From the NCBI GenBank assembly GCA_951406725.2, contig OX597816.1, positions 27,528,001 through 27,592,000 on the forward strand: a stretch of 64,000 bases of DNA. Reading direction: 5' to 3'. The position numbers and the translations under genes are program-made. The notes under the pieces were generated by a model. The model ran no database searches and was not told the DNA's origin. It saw nothing but the letters and a program-made list of their open reading frames with translations. Shown here piece by piece: positions 13,094 through 25,799 of this stretch. This DNA is from Octopus vulgaris (taxonomy: Eukaryota). How positions within the stretch are numbered: position 1 is the stretch's first letter; each line of letters starts with the position of its first letter.

Positions 13094-14393
13094 AATGCAT
13101 ACACACACATATATATACATAGAAGTGCATATAGACATACACATACACCCAAAAATGTCTATACATATTGCTATTTTGTTCATAACGAACGGGTGAACTA
13201 CTCAGCTGATGTAATATATTGGCTACTCGCAGTTTCCACAAATTTTCATTTCTTCGAGTGGCGTAAAGCTTTTTATTCAAGACACACGCGTGTCTATGTG
13301 CGTGTGTGTGTGTGTGTGCGTATACACATACATATATATACACATACATATATGTAAATATGTATATGCATGTAGGTTTTATGTATGTATATTTTTGCAT
13401 GTATATATATATATGCGCACCTACATACGCACATGTATGTATGTATGTATGTATGTATGTACTTATACTAAGAGAAACTACGCCTACACAAAACTAAAAG
13501 CAATTACCAAGAGAAATCAAACGACACCTACACGCATATACAGAGAGAGGGAGGGTGAGAGAAAGGGAGAGAGAGAGAGAGGGAGGGAGGGAGAGTCCCC
13601 TGGTACCTATGTCTCTGTGAGGTAGAAAAATCCTGACAGCTGCTCGTGAATTAGAGATTCCAAAATATTTTAGAGAAAGAACTAAATATTTATATGAATA
13701 ATTGATAAATAAATGAAATAAATCAAGGTAAATATTTAATGCAATCCGCTGCCACACACTATAGAAGGCAGGAATCTGATGAAGAGCAACTGTTATTTAT
13801 CTACTCCACCTTCTCTTCTCTCAAAACAATTACAGTAACAACTGTTAATGTAACAACAATCACAACAAACACAACCACAGCGATAACTACCACATGATCG
13901 ATTAGTTACGTTAGTTTGGTTGAGAAGTGCAGCTGCTGCTATTAGAGAGTATCAATAAAGATGGAAGAAGAAAGTGAGTGGGTGTGGGATGGGTTGTAGG
14001 CAGTGAGAGGGGCGGAGATTTTGGTTAATTATTCTTTCTCCTCCCTTGTCTTTCCTCCTCCACCTCCCACTTTCTTTCTCCTCCCTCTTTCTCTCTCCTC
14101 CCTCTTTCTCTCTCCTCCCTCTTTCTCTCTCCTCCCTCTTTCTCTCTCCTCCCTCTTTCTCTCTCCTCCCTCTTTCTCTCTCCTCCCTCTTTCTCCTCAC
14201 ACATTCTCCGTTTGAATGCTTCGAAATTCTATAGCCTTCACGGAATTTGAACTACCTACATGATCTACCTGTCCACGAAATTACTCTCCTACCAACCAAT
14301 CTACCTGCATACCTACCTTTTTACCTGGTCTTTCTTTATCTCAATCTTCCTACCTCTACTTACCTGCACTTACCTACATTACAAGCTAGAAAC

Positions 14394-14470
<77 letters not shown>

Positions 14471-14568
14471 CACCTACCTACCTACCTACCTACCAACCAA
14501 CCAGCCTATTTAATATCATAGCTAGCAAGCTATCTATCTACCAACAAGTATATCTACTAATCTACTTA

Positions 14569-14800
14569 TTTCTTTATTGCCCATAAGGGGTTAAACACAG
14601 AGGGGACAAACTAGGGCAGACAAAGGGATTAAGTCGATTACATCAACCCCAGTGCGTAACTGGTACTTAATTTATCGACCTCGAAAGGATGAAAGGCAAA
14701 GTCGACCTCGGCGGAATTTGAACTCAGAACGTAGCGGCAGACGAAATACTGCTGAGCATTTCGCCCGGCGTGCTTAGCGTTTCTGCCAGCTCGCCGCCTT
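14569..14800 (-). mobile_element. Nin/Deu-type SINE with 17-bp TSD
   Basis: Full copy; ATCTACTAATCTACTTA at 14552-14568 and 14802-14818. Confidence 0.9.
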
Positions 14801-14839
14801 AATCTACTAATCTACTTAGCCAATTACCAAGCCACCTCC

Positions 14840-15379
14840 ACACCTACCTACCTACCTACCTGCCTACCTGCCTACCTACCTACCTACCTACCTACCTACC
14901 TACCTACCTACCTACCTACCTACCTACCTACCTACCTACCTACCTACCTACCTACCTACCTACCTACCTACCTACCTACCTACCTACCTACCTACCTACC
15001 TACCTAACTACCTACCTAACTACCCGAACTAACTTCTGATCTATGTATGTATGTATGTATGTATGTATGTATGTATGTATGTATGTATGTATGTATGTAT
15101 GTATCTACCTACCTACCTACCTACCTAGCTATTTAGGTAAGAAAGTTGGTAAATAGGTAACTTACCAGCTAAGTTGGTACGGAAGTTGGTTGGTATGTAT
15201 GTAAGAAAGTAGGTAGGTAGGTAGTTAAGTAGGTTGGTAGGTTGGTAGGTAGGTACGTATGTATGCATTTCGGTTGATAGGTCGGTTTCTAGGTTGTTTA
15301 TATGGGTGTTTAGGCAGGTAAGAAGATTGAGATAAGGAGGGGGGAGGTAGAAAGGTAAGTATGAAGGTAGATATCTGTA

Positions 15380-15460
<81 letters not shown>

Positions 15461-15650
15461 GTCTATCTATCTAGCATGCTAACTAGCCAGGCGGCGAGGA
15501 AGCTATATTTCAAGAACACAAACGCCACATACATACATACATACATACATACATACATACATACATAAATACATACATACATACATACATACATACATAC
15601 ATACATACATACATACACACATACATACATACATACATACATACATACTG
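14840..15650. repeat. Compound tetranucleotide microsatellites (CCTA, TATG, TAGG, TCTA, CATA)
   Basis: Direct reading. Confidence 0.9.
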
Positions 15651-16959
15651 ATTGTATATAAATATGAGCATACATACATGTGTGCGCGCGCATGTACGTG
15701 CGTGTGTGTGTATGAGTGTATATGCAGATATAATTCTCTTTGACTTACACTTTCTCTATAATTCTCTGTCTATCTATCACCATTGCTGTCATCTAGCTTT
15801 GTGTCTCCATCGGTACGAAATGGTAGCACAGTGTAAAGATGTGCTACCAGAAGAAAGTGCTGCCATCACAGTGGCGGTGGTGAGTATGCGTAATATAGCA
15901 TTGGAGTGATATAGAGGAAGGTATGTAGGAAGGCGATTTGGTGTAAAGTTAGTGAGTGAGAGAAAGAGATAGGTTGAGTGGTAGAAAGAATGAAAGAGAG
16001 TGATGAACAGAGATGAGGAAAGAATATGAGAAAAGTGGTGGGAGAGTGAGAGAGAGAGGGTGATGGAGTGTGGAAAGATGGATAAACGCGAGGAAGAATT
16101 ATTGTTGAAGGATGTTTTCGAGAAGTTCAGTTGCGAAACTAAGACTACATGACAGATATAGATTGATGTAGATAAATAGTGATATATCTTCTTTTTCAAG
16201 CAAAAATACTGAAGCAGATACGCGCACGCACATACACATACACACACACACGCACACGCACACACACATACACACACACACACAATTATTAGCATGGAAA
16301 CAGTGTTAGTTCCAAAAAGCAATCTTAATATTCAACTTAACCTTGATATTTTGCTAGAACGCCGAATATTGCGTTATTGCCCTGAGAGGTTTTCTCATAT
16401 AGATGCAAGGTCGCAAAAGCATAGACATATGTTTTTGTGGACAAGAATCCTGTAATGGCTGCTGGAACTTCCAGATCCTGTGATTTCAGTGTACTGGGCT
16501 TTCTCAGTGGCAGACGTCCAATGACTGTATGCAACCAAATCTCGATGACACAGTGTATAGAATATCAGTGTCTTTTCAGTCACCGATGTCACAATTAGCC
16601 ATCAGGTTAATTAAAAAATAATTATTAGCGACTGAAGCTAATGCAATTAGTTGTATTACCAAAAGGTAATCTTTATATCTAACTTAAAGTGGTTGATTTA
16701 TTAGAATACTGCGGTATGAACTTTGGCATCAGTGACGTAGATAGACAGAGAGAGTGAAAGGGTGAGAGAGATGGGGAGAGAGAGAGAGAGAGTACATTCA
16801 ATAATGTGTCATTGCTGTTCAACCACATCCGCACACAAACAGTAGCAAGTACTGACACTTACATAGCGACAGAGACGCACATACATTTATGCACAGTAAT
16901 ATACGTACTGAAACTGAAATAGAAACTCTCTTACTATCTCTCTCTCTCTCTCTCTCTCA

Positions 16960-17196
16960 TACCTATTTCATTATTACCCACAAGGGTCTAAACACAGAGG
17001 GGACAAACAAGGACAGACATAGGTATTAAGTCGATTATATCGAACCCAGTGCGTAACTGGTACTTAATTTATCGACCCCGAAAGGATGAAAGGCAAAGTC
17101 GACCTCGGCGGAATTTGAACTCAGAACTTAACGGCGGACGAAATACGGCTACGCATTTCGCCCGGCGTGCTAACGTTTCTGCCAGCTCGCCGCCTT
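16960..17196 (-). mobile_element. Nin/Deu-type SINE
   Basis: Near-identical to 14569-14800 and 42101-42331. Confidence 0.9.
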
Positions 17197-17369
17197 ATAC
17201 ACACACACGTACACCCCCCCCCGCACTTCTTCGCAACCACATGGTCCTAGATTTAGTTCTACTGAATGACATATTAGACAAGTGTCTTCTACTACAGCCT
17301 CGAGTTCAGCAAAGTCTTGTGAATAGAGTTGGTAGACAGAATCTGAAAAAAAAGCCCGTCTAATATATA

Positions 17370-17733
17370 TAGGAGTGGCTGTGTGGTAAGTAGCTTGCTT
17401 ACGAACCACATGCTTGGCACCTTGGGCAAGTGTCTTCTACTATACCCTCGGGCCGACCAAAGCTTTGTGAGTGGATTTGGTAGAGGGAAACTGAAAGAAG
17501 CCCGTCGTATATATGTTTATATATGTATTTGTGTGTATATGTTTGTATGTCTGTGTGTGTCCCCCTAACATCGCTTGACAACTAATAGTGGTATGTCTGC
17601 TTCCCCGTAACTTAGCGAGAGACCGATAGAATAAGTACTAGGCTTACAAAGAATAAGCCCTGGGACCGATTTGCTCAACTAAAGGCGGTGTTCCAGCATG
17701 GCCACAGTCAAATGATTGAAAATAGTAAAAGAG
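17370..17733 (+). mobile_element. tRNA-derived CORE-like SINE (octopus OR-type), preceded by a degenerate partial copy at 17230-17362
   Basis: GGAGTGGCTGTGTGGTAAG head, CTTGGGCAAGTGTCTTCT core, tail GGCGGTGTTCCAGCATGGCCACAGTCAAATGATTGAAA. Confidence 0.85.
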
Positions 17734-17799
17734 AAATATGTGTGTGTGTATATGCGCGCGAATTTGTGTTTGCGTTTGTCCCTCTCTATCGCTTGGTAA

Positions 17800-18010
17800 C
17801 CGGAATGCCGCTAAGAATTTTACCCAGCGTTCTGACGATTCTGCCAGCTCGCCGCTTGGATTGATATAAAAAATATAGCAAGGTGGCGAGCTAGCAGAAT
17901 CGTCACAGTACTGGGCAATGCTTTGCAGCATTTCGTCCGTCTCTACATTCTATGTTCAAATTCAGCCGAGGTCGACTTTGCATTTCATTCTTTCGGGTAC
18001 CAGTTAGACA
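17800..18010. mobile_element. Two Nin/Deu-type SINE pieces head-to-head (minus head about 17800-17857; plus copy 17881-18010)
   Basis: TCTGCCAGCTCGCCGC (minus head) and GGTGGCGAGCTAGCAGAA...GAGGTCGACTTTGC (plus). Confidence 0.7.
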
Positions 18011-18812
18011 CTGGAGTTTCACCCTCATACAGTTGTTCCCCCAAATCCTTTTCCTCCACTCGTATAACCAGTCTCTTTCCTGCTGTCTCCTCCTCCTGTA
18101 ACTCCTTCTCAAGCTCCTCTCCATCATTTCATCTTCATTCCTTCTGAATTCCTTCACAGCCTCTTTCTCTATCACTTGTATGTATGTGTGTGCGGCTCAT
18201 ATGTATGCATGTGTGTGTATGTATATGTGTGTATGTATGCATGTATTTATATATATATATTTATATATCCACGTATGCTTGCATTTATGTATACATATAT
18301 ATATTTATATGTGTGACTATATATATGTATGTATGTGTGTGTATGTATGTATATATATATATGTATATAAATACATACATAAACATAGTAATACACATGT
18401 ACACACACACGCACATACATACATCGATCCCTCCCTGGTGGGGTGTTTCCCTCGATATAGATGTGTCTCCTCAAGTGATTTCAAGAGATATCTCGCTAAA
18501 ATAAACTCGCAAGATTTCTTCTTGGTCTTGGTATACAGAAATGCTAAATCGAGGTATACAGCTTCATTCTTATAGAAGATCCATGACAAATATCAGCTAC
18601 AAAAAGAAATGTATACGTAATACAGTGATCGTTGCTAGATGTGTCAAAACATTTATAGTGATCAACAAAGATGCTCGTATCTTCCATCTCCCGTCTGTCA
18701 TTAATCAAATATCCAACGAACACCGAGCCAGTGAACGTGCTTTATATATACATACATACATACATACATACATACATACATACATACAAACATACATACA
18801 TACATACATACA

Positions 18813-18848
<36 letters not shown>

Positions 18849-18873
18849 CATATAGGTATTAGCCGATGTTTTT

Positions 18874-18912
18874 AAAGCGATGAATAGCTTTGCGGAAACC
18901 ATGGTACGCTTT
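18874..18912 (+). ncRNA. Candidate variant type I hammerhead (A3-U8 core) in a TA-flanked insert of about 18853-19125
   Basis: AAAGCG-ATGAATA-GCTTTGCG-GAAA-CCATGG-TA-CGCTTT; 6-bp stem I, palindromic stem III ACCATGGT, weak stem II. Confidence 0.5.
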
Positions 18913-19380
18913 GTTTTCTGACTTTATAATCATCTTAGAATCATCTCATAATAATGACTCGTATTACTACCTCAGTCCATCTAAATGTATATATTTGTCG
19001 TTACCTGTCATAAAAAGCCTTTTTTTATTTACAATGTGCATTTTTGTTGATTTTTCATATTTTACCCTTACATTTCTACGTGTATTTTATATTTTCTTTT
19101 TGTAACATATATCTACTATATATATATATATACGTATACATATTGGAAGTGTCCGATTCTCATGAGCATGGTAGACAATATACTTCAGTGCATTGTCTCT
19201 TTATGATTAGAGTCTGTGGCTTCAAAAATATTGACAGAGTCATTTTGAATTTGGTGTTCGTCTCTGTGACAAGAATTCTCGCTGCTACTCTCTGATTCTG
19301 TTTAGGACCGGCAGTTTTAAAGTTGAAGGTAAAATATACCGTTCGCCTTTTTCTTGTATTATTATTATTATTATTATTAT

Positions 19381-19546
19381 AGGCGCAGGAGTGACTGTGT
19401 GGTAAGTAGCTTGCTAACCAACCACATGGTTCCGGGTTCAGTCCCACTGCGTGGCATCTTGGGCAAGTGTCTTCTGCTATAGCCCCGGGCCGACCAATGC
19501 CTTGTGAGTGGATTTGGTAGACGGAAACTGAAAGAAGCCTGTCGTA

Positions 19547-19577
<31 letters not shown>

Positions 19578-19805
19578 GCGTGTGTGTGTTTGTGTGTCTG
19601 TGTTTGTCCCCCTAGCATTGCTTGACAACCGATGCTGGTGTGTTTACGTCCCCGTAACTTAGCGGTTCGGCAAAAGAGACCGATAGAATAAGTACTGGGC
19701 TTACAAAGAATAAGTCCCGGGGTCGATTTGCTCGACTAAAGGCGGTGCTCCAGCATGGCCGCAGTCAAATGACTGAAACAAGTAAAAGAGTAAAAGAGTA
19801 AGAGT
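19381..19805 (+). mobile_element. CORE-like tRNA-derived SINE, full length
   Basis: A/B-box-like head (GGGTTCAGTCCC), core, internal TA/TG microsatellite, tail ending in (GTAAAAGA)n. Confidence 0.9.
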
Positions 19806-19975
19806 ATTTGTTCGAATCAATTATACTTTGTCTCCCACTTCCCGTCTAGCTTGACACTCCCAGTTTGGACATTAATCTTTCTTTGACAATACCTACAATA
19901 CTGATTGGCCGATTTTACTTCTGCCCTCTTCCACACTGAACTGCATGTATTCCTGCTTTGTATGTTCACACCTCA

Positions 19976-20212
19976 TTAACCCTTTAACATTCGGATTACT
20001 CTGTCAAATGTAATGCTTTTTTATTCACATTGCTTTGAATTAATCCCGCGTTATCTTGTAACTTCAAGCTTTTGATGATGTGATTGATTATTCTTACAAT
20101 GGCATTGTAGAATTAGTGTGAGAGGCCAGACCTAGTCAGTTTGAACATAAAGCAGATAGAATATTTGAGCCAAATACGTGAACATGAGCCTGTCTAACTA
20201 CTACAGAGTTAA
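19976..20212. mobile_element. piggyBac-like MITE, degenerate
   Basis: TTAA-CCCTTT... start and ...CAGAG-TTAA end. Confidence 0.5.
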
Positions 20213-20289
20213 ACTTCCTAATCTACGAACAGTCGAGGCTGCTAAGAAACTTAGGTACTAATAGGCAACCAAGGAATAGGATAAGAATC

Positions 20290-20745
20290 CTTGCAATATG
20301 TATCTACAACTGCAGGTATTAGCAAGGAGAACAGGAAAAACCTATCTTATGGAGAAGAAAGGAATAATTGAGTGAAAGGAATAATTGCGAAATGGACAGA
20401 CGGAAGTGATGTGAGAATGGGAAAAGCAGAAGGTACAAGAATAACAGATAGTATGAGTTCATCGAAGGCAAAGAAAGGTCTTTGAAAATCACATTTTGAC
20501 AGTTGTTTTCTTTTTACGCATCGCAGTGCTAAATGTTCTTCTCTCAGGAAATTTCACCCTGAAGGTTATTCAGACCTATGCTCCCCAAAATACGAGAAAG
20601 ACGATGGAATCCACTTATACCGTAGTCACGGAGATTTCGATGCGAAGGTTGGAAAAGAAGGTCAAGGAAAGATATATGTTAGAAAGTTTGGATCGGGAGA
20701 AGAGGGGAACGTTTAGTTACCATGGCAAAGGCAAGAAGACTTTAC
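20290..20745 (+). mobile_element. Degenerate RTE-type LINE endonuclease fragment
   Basis: LKVIQTYAP (ORF 20496-20750) and GDFDAKVG in another frame at about 20630-20653. Confidence 0.55.
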
Positions 20746-21174
20746 ATTAAGAATATGTATATAAACTTGAAATATAAACAAAATATATGTATACATACAT
20801 CAATTGTAAACAAAATATGCGTATATATACTTCAAATGTAAACTATATATATATATATATATATATGCATGTATATATGTATATGATAAATGAATTAATT
20901 GCATTAAAAATATATATATATACATATATATATGTATATATCTATATGCGTATATATATATATGAATATCTATATATCCATCTATCTATCTATGTATCTA
21001 TCTATCTATCTATTTATCTATCTATCTATCAATCATCTCTCTCTCTCTCTCTCCATATATATATATATATTTATGAATATCTATGTATCCATCTATCTAT
21101 CTATATATCTATCTATCTATTTATCTATCTATCTATCAATCATCTCTCTCTCTTTCTCCATATATATATATATT

Positions 21175-21265
<91 letters not shown>

Positions 21266-21819
21266 GCACTTCATATGTAAACAAAATGTATTAATAGATA
21301 CAAATCTGTTCTGCAGCTGTAAATCCTGAAATGGTAATCTGTGGCGTATTTAAAAAGGAATTATATTAAAAATTAAAAGGAAAAAGTAATGTTTGAAAAG
21401 ATTAAATCAACATTTTTGGCAGCTTCTGAAGCTCTAATGTTTAAAACAGAGACAGCCGAAGACCAGAAAGGCTTAATAATATGTTAAAACTGAACTATGT
21501 TGATAACGGAGTGTTTCAAAGGAGAAACAGAGAGAGAGAGAGAGAGAAAGAAAGAGGGGGATAGAGATAGCTAGATAGATAGAGAGAGGGAGAGGGAAGA
21601 ATAGAAAGATAGATAGAGAGATTGAGAGAGAAAGATTGAAAGAAAGATCGGTAGAAATAGAAAGGCTAAAATCGAAGGGAATAGAAGGGTAAAGTGAAGA
21701 AATAAAATGAACGCACAACAGAATATAAATGAACCAATATTATTTGTCATAACTTGTAATTATGTGTGTATGAGTGCGCGCGCATGTGTATGTGTGTGTG
21801 TGTCTGTGCATGCGTACGC

Positions 21820-21897
<78 letters not shown>

Positions 21898-21907
21898 ATG
21901 TCTATCT

Positions 21908-22037
21908 ATTTTTCTCCTTTTACGATCCCTTTTGATCGAAAACCTACGCCACCTTTTTTTTTCATCCCCCAAAAGAAAAGCTCTACCTTCTAACTTGTCC
22001 CATCTTTGTGCAGCTCTGTGTGACCAATAAAGAAACT
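21908..22037 (+). mobile_element. 3'-UTR-only copy of the Tx1-type LINE
   Basis: CTCCTTTTACGATCCCTTTTGATCGAAA...AAAAGAAAAGCTCTACCTT...AATAAAGAAAC matches 25326-25454; flanked by (TATC)n on both sides. Confidence 0.85.
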
Positions 22038-22061
22038 TATCTATCTATCTATCTATCTATC

Positions 22062-25000
22062 TTCGGGGATTGGAATGCTACCTTGGACACGCATGTGGAC
22101 TACGTGGGTAGAGATAGGAATAGACGGGGATGCAAATGCCTCAGAGACCTGCTCAGACGCTTCAACTGTCTGACAGGTTCCGACTAGACCACCCGAATGC
22201 GCCAACGTGGACATGGAGCAACCGCATCGGGTCGTCGAGATCGTATCTAGATAGGATACTGTGTAGGACAGTAGACAGAGATAGCATAGGATGTCCACAA
22301 TTCCACATAGTCAGCTACACGGATCACAAACTTGTGACATGTACGCTAGACTTAGGTAAGACACTTAGGCAGGGTCCCGGATACTGGAAACTAAACGCGT
22401 CTTTCCCATCGAGACAGGTTTTCAGAGACCGGATTAGCACACTAGTAAAGAGGTCTTTGACGGGAGCCATCATCAACAACAAATGGTGGTTTGCCCTCAA
22501 GAGAGCAGTAAAAGCAGAAGCGATTAGGTACAGCAAAGCACTAGCCATAGATAGAAATAGAGTAGAGGGTGAGCTAGTTAAGAAGCTAGAAGAGGCAATT
22601 AGAAGCGGCATTGCATCCGACGTTTTGGCGGCGAGGTTGGCCCTCGACCAACACTTCAACGCCAAACACGAAGGATGTGCTGTCAGAGCTAGGATGCGTG
22701 CTCTAAGGAACGAAGGTGTTGGAGCCGCGAGAGAGGCCCGGGTGGCAGAGGCGCAACAGGGCAACAAAGCCACCATTCGGTCCCTGGTAGATGAACAGGG
22801 GCGCGAATTGCTCGAGCCAAGTAAAATGTGTGAGGCCTTTCAGCAGCATTTTGCCCGACTGTTCGGAACGAGTGGAGGGCAAGAACGTAGGGTGGACTTC
22901 AGTGCCTACCTACATAGCCTACCACGACTCTCGACAAGAAAGGCAGGGTGCTGCGAAGGTGCCATCACGGCGGCGGAAGTGCAGGAAGCGATGGCAGAAT
23001 GCTCGAGGGACAAATCACCGGGTTTGGATGGTCTACCCTACGAGCTTTACAATTGTATGCCAGACTTGTTTGGAGATCTCTTGGCGGCGGTGTACTGCAA
23101 CTGGCAGCAAAACGGGAGCATTCCTGGTTTTGTGAGCCGAGGAGCCGTAACACTGCTGAAGAAAGATCTAAACAAGGGAAATGTAATAGATAACTTTAGG
23201 CCCATCACTCTGCTTAATGCAGACTTGAAAATTTTGGCCAAGGTGCTAGCCAAGAGGTTGGTGCTTGTCATCGAGAAACTGGTCGACAAGGCGCAAACAT
23301 GCGCCGTGCCAGGCCGGACCATCCATGACAACCTCCACCTGATGCGCTACATCATAGACAGGGTAGTTAACGAACCTGGCATGGGTGGGGCGCTGATCAA
23401 TTTGGATCAATCGAAAGCTTTCGATAGGGTGGACCATCGATACTTGGAGGCGGTCCTCGGAGCGGCTGGCTTCGGTCTCGTCTTCCGCGGCTGGATAGCC
23501 GCTTTGTACAGAGGCATCCGTTCGGTAATTCGCGTGAATGGACATCTATCGAGACCCTTCGACATCGCACGTTCGGTCCGTCAGGGATGCCCCCTCTCGT
23601 CGCTTCTATACGTATTGACTCTCGAGCCATTATTGCGGAAGCTGGCAACCTTGAGAGGCATCCCGCGAGAACTGGGATGCGGGACGAGCGTGTCTGCATA
23701 CGCGGACGACGTCACCGTCATAGTGTCTAGCCACGAGCACATCGAGCAGGTCGGCGAGACACTGAAAAACTACGAAGCGGTGACAGGAGCGAAAATCAAC
23801 CGGGAAAAGTCAGTGGGCTTGCGACTAGGCACCTGGAGAAGCAAGCCCATGCCGTCCACCAGCGCCTCCGTCGTGGGACGCTGGACCGACGGCCCGGTTG
23901 AGTTGCTCGGGGACTGGTTTGGTCCGGACCTCCAAGTGGAGAAGAACTGGAACGAGATAACGAGTAGGATGGTCACTCTCGCCCGGCAATGGGCCGAGAG
24001 GAAACTGTCCCTAAAAGGTCGGGCGGAGGTGGCGAACACGTACATCGCGTCCGTCATCTACTACCGCCTGACCGTCGTACCTTGTCCCGACCCTACCATC
24101 ACCAAACTACAACGCATTCTCTTTCGCTTTTTGTGGAAAGGATGCGTCCCGATGGTCAGGCAATCCACTTGCTGTCAACACCCGTTAAAAGGAGGGCTGG
24201 GCATGCCGTGGTTGATGATGCGCAGACACGCGCTGAGACTGCGACATCTCTGGCTCTATGTAGACGACGGTGAACAGGTGTGGTCGCCGTTTGTGAGGCA
24301 CGCTTTCCCGCAGCTCGTCTCCATGACCGAACTGCAGTCGTGGATCAAAAAGAGGCCGAGGAAGGGCGAATGGCACCGCGAGTGTCGCGTTGCTCTCAAG
24401 CAACTCTGCCGTCCTGGGTCGACCTTGAGTGACTTCAACACAACCAAAGCATTCTATAGGGGTTTAGTGGAGGGGAGGTACGACGACGAGCTCGGGGCGA
24501 ACCTGGACGTCGACGAGGAGTACCTGACCCGCCTGTTCAGGACGACTTTCGGGCCAGGGCCCATGGACAACTTCCAGAGATCCCTGGCCTGGCAGTGCTA
24601 CCGAGAAGCGCTACCCGTTCGGGATAAGCTCTACAGACACGGCTCGAGAAACACGGGGCCGACCTGCCCGAGATGCGGTCAGAGCGACGAAACCGTTCTG
24701 CACGCACTCGTGCAGTGTCCAACAATTTCCGACCTGTGGGCTTATGTCGAACAACTGCTGTCACGTGTGGGACGAGTCGGTTTATCAGCTGAGTCTATCG
24801 TCAATATTGTCACGCCTCCTTCATTCAAACGGGAAGGAAGAGCTATTTTCATCATCCTTGTGGCTATGGCGAAAGAATATATCTGGTGGACGCGTCTGAA
24901 AGGATTGGAGACAAACACTTTCCTCTCTGGTCAATCTCTCATCAACTTCTTCAAGTACCACTTGAAAAGGAAAGTGAGAGTAGAGAGGCAAGTTTTGTCT

Positions 25001-25455
25001 AGCGAATGTTTTAAAAAAGATGGGTGAATGTAGCAAGAATGGCACGTATGAATGACGAAGCCACCTTGAGCATGATCCTATGAACCCAGAAATTGAAAAC
25101 AGAGAGTTGCTTATTTGCAAAAAAAAAAAAAAGAAATATAAAATGTGACTCCATTGACCGAGGTTACCGTGGTATTTTCCGTAGGCTTTTCTTTCCACGG
25201 GTAAACCTCACCTGTCCTCCCCTTTACACTTCATATTGACATTTCCGTGATAACGATCCCTATTGATCAATTTTTTTTTCCACTCCCCCTTTTTTTTTTA
25301 ACCCTCCTTTTTTTTGTCCTCTTTCTCTCCTTTTACGATCCCTTTTGATCGAAACTCCCCTTCCTTTTTTTTTTTTTTTTAAACCTTCAAAAGAAAAGCT
25401 CTACCTTGTAATTTGTTCTATCTGTGTGCAGCCCTGTGTGGCTAATAAAGAAACA
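22062..25455 (+). mobile_element. Tx1/L1-clade non-LTR retrotransposon, 5'-truncated, inserted in (TATC)n
   Basis: GC-rich island starting within the APE domain (GDWN at 22065), with a T-rich 3' UTR and AATAAA. Both junctions run directly into (TATC)n. Confidence 0.93.
22130..25027 (+). CDS. Tx1/L1-type ORF2: partial APE endonuclease, reverse transcriptase, CCHC zinc knuckle
   Basis: 965-aa open frame with YLDRI, TDHK, GPGYWKLN, KSPGLDG, FRPITLLN.D.KI, LDQSKAFDRV, VRQGCPLS, AYADDV and CPRC..ETVLHALVQC. Frameshifts at about 22163 (GDWN in another frame) and in the A-run at about 25015 (restoring one A gives FKKRWVN...MIL* ending 25083). Confidence 0.92.
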   Translation: MQMPQRPAQTLQLSDRFRLDHPNAPTWTWSNRIGSSRSYLDRILCRTVDRDSIGCPQFHIVSYTDHKLVTCTLDLGKTLRQGPGYWKLNASFPSRQVFRDRISTLVKRSLTGAIINNKWWFALKRAVKAEAIRYSKALAIDRNRVEGELVKKLEEAIRSGIASDVLAARLALDQHFNAKHEGCAVRARMRALRNEGVGAAREARVAEAQQGNKATIRSLVDEQGRELLEPSKMCEAFQQHFARLFGTSGGQERRVDFSAYLHSLPRLSTRKAGCCEGAITAAEVQEAMAECSRDKSPGLDGLPYELYNCMPDLFGDLLAAVYCNWQQNGSIPGFVSRGAVTLLKKDLNKGNVIDNFRPITLLNADLKILAKVLAKRLVLVIEKLVDKAQTCAVPGRTIHDNLHLMRYIIDRVVNEPGMGGALINLDQSKAFDRVDHRYLEAVLGAAGFGLVFRGWIAALYRGIRSVIRVNGHLSRPFDIARSVRQGCPLSSLLYVLTLEPLLRKLATLRGIPRELGCGTSVSAYADDVTVIVSSHEHIEQVGETLKNYEAVTGAKINREKSVGLRLGTWRSKPMPSTSASVVGRWTDGPVELLGDWFGPDLQVEKNWNEITSRMVTLARQWAERKLSLKGRAEVANTYIASVIYYRLTVVPCPDPTITKLQRILFRFLWKGCVPMVRQSTCCQHPLKGGLGMPWLMMRRHALRLRHLWLYVDDGEQVWSPFVRHAFPQLVSMTELQSWIKKRPRKGEWHRECRVALKQLCRPGSTLSDFNTTKAFYRGLVEGRYDDELGANLDVDEEYLTRLFRTTFGPGPMDNFQRSLAWQCYREALPVRDKLYRHGSRNTGPTCPRCGQSDETVLHALVQCPTISDLWAYVEQLLSRVGRVGLSAESIVNIVTPPSFKREGRAIFIILVAMAKEYIWWTRLKGLETNTFLSGQSLINFFKYHLKRKVRVERQVLSSECFKKDG

Positions 25456-25554
<99 letters not shown>

Positions 25555-25799
25555 TTACACTGTCGATCGATGTGTTTCAAATATTAGGTTAAATATTCCT
25601 CAAATCATTCCCTACTATCTCGAAAATATAAGGAAGCTGGCAATAAATAATGGATTCCAAGATAAGCAGTGTCTGAATGGAAGATGATATTGTCAGGCTA
25701 AAGCGTTTACATCATCCACCGAACACATGCAGACACACAACGGGCTTATAATTTCTTTACATCAAATTCTCTTCCACATGTCCGTCAACAACATGTCTG

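Noticed and set aside
13775-13800. CTGATGAAGAGC matching the start of the beta hammerhead
   Set aside because: No GCTC-GAAA half follows.
22324-24764. Antisense and alternative-frame ORFs within the Tx1 element
   Set aside because: Shadows of the GC-rich ORF2 with no independent motifs.
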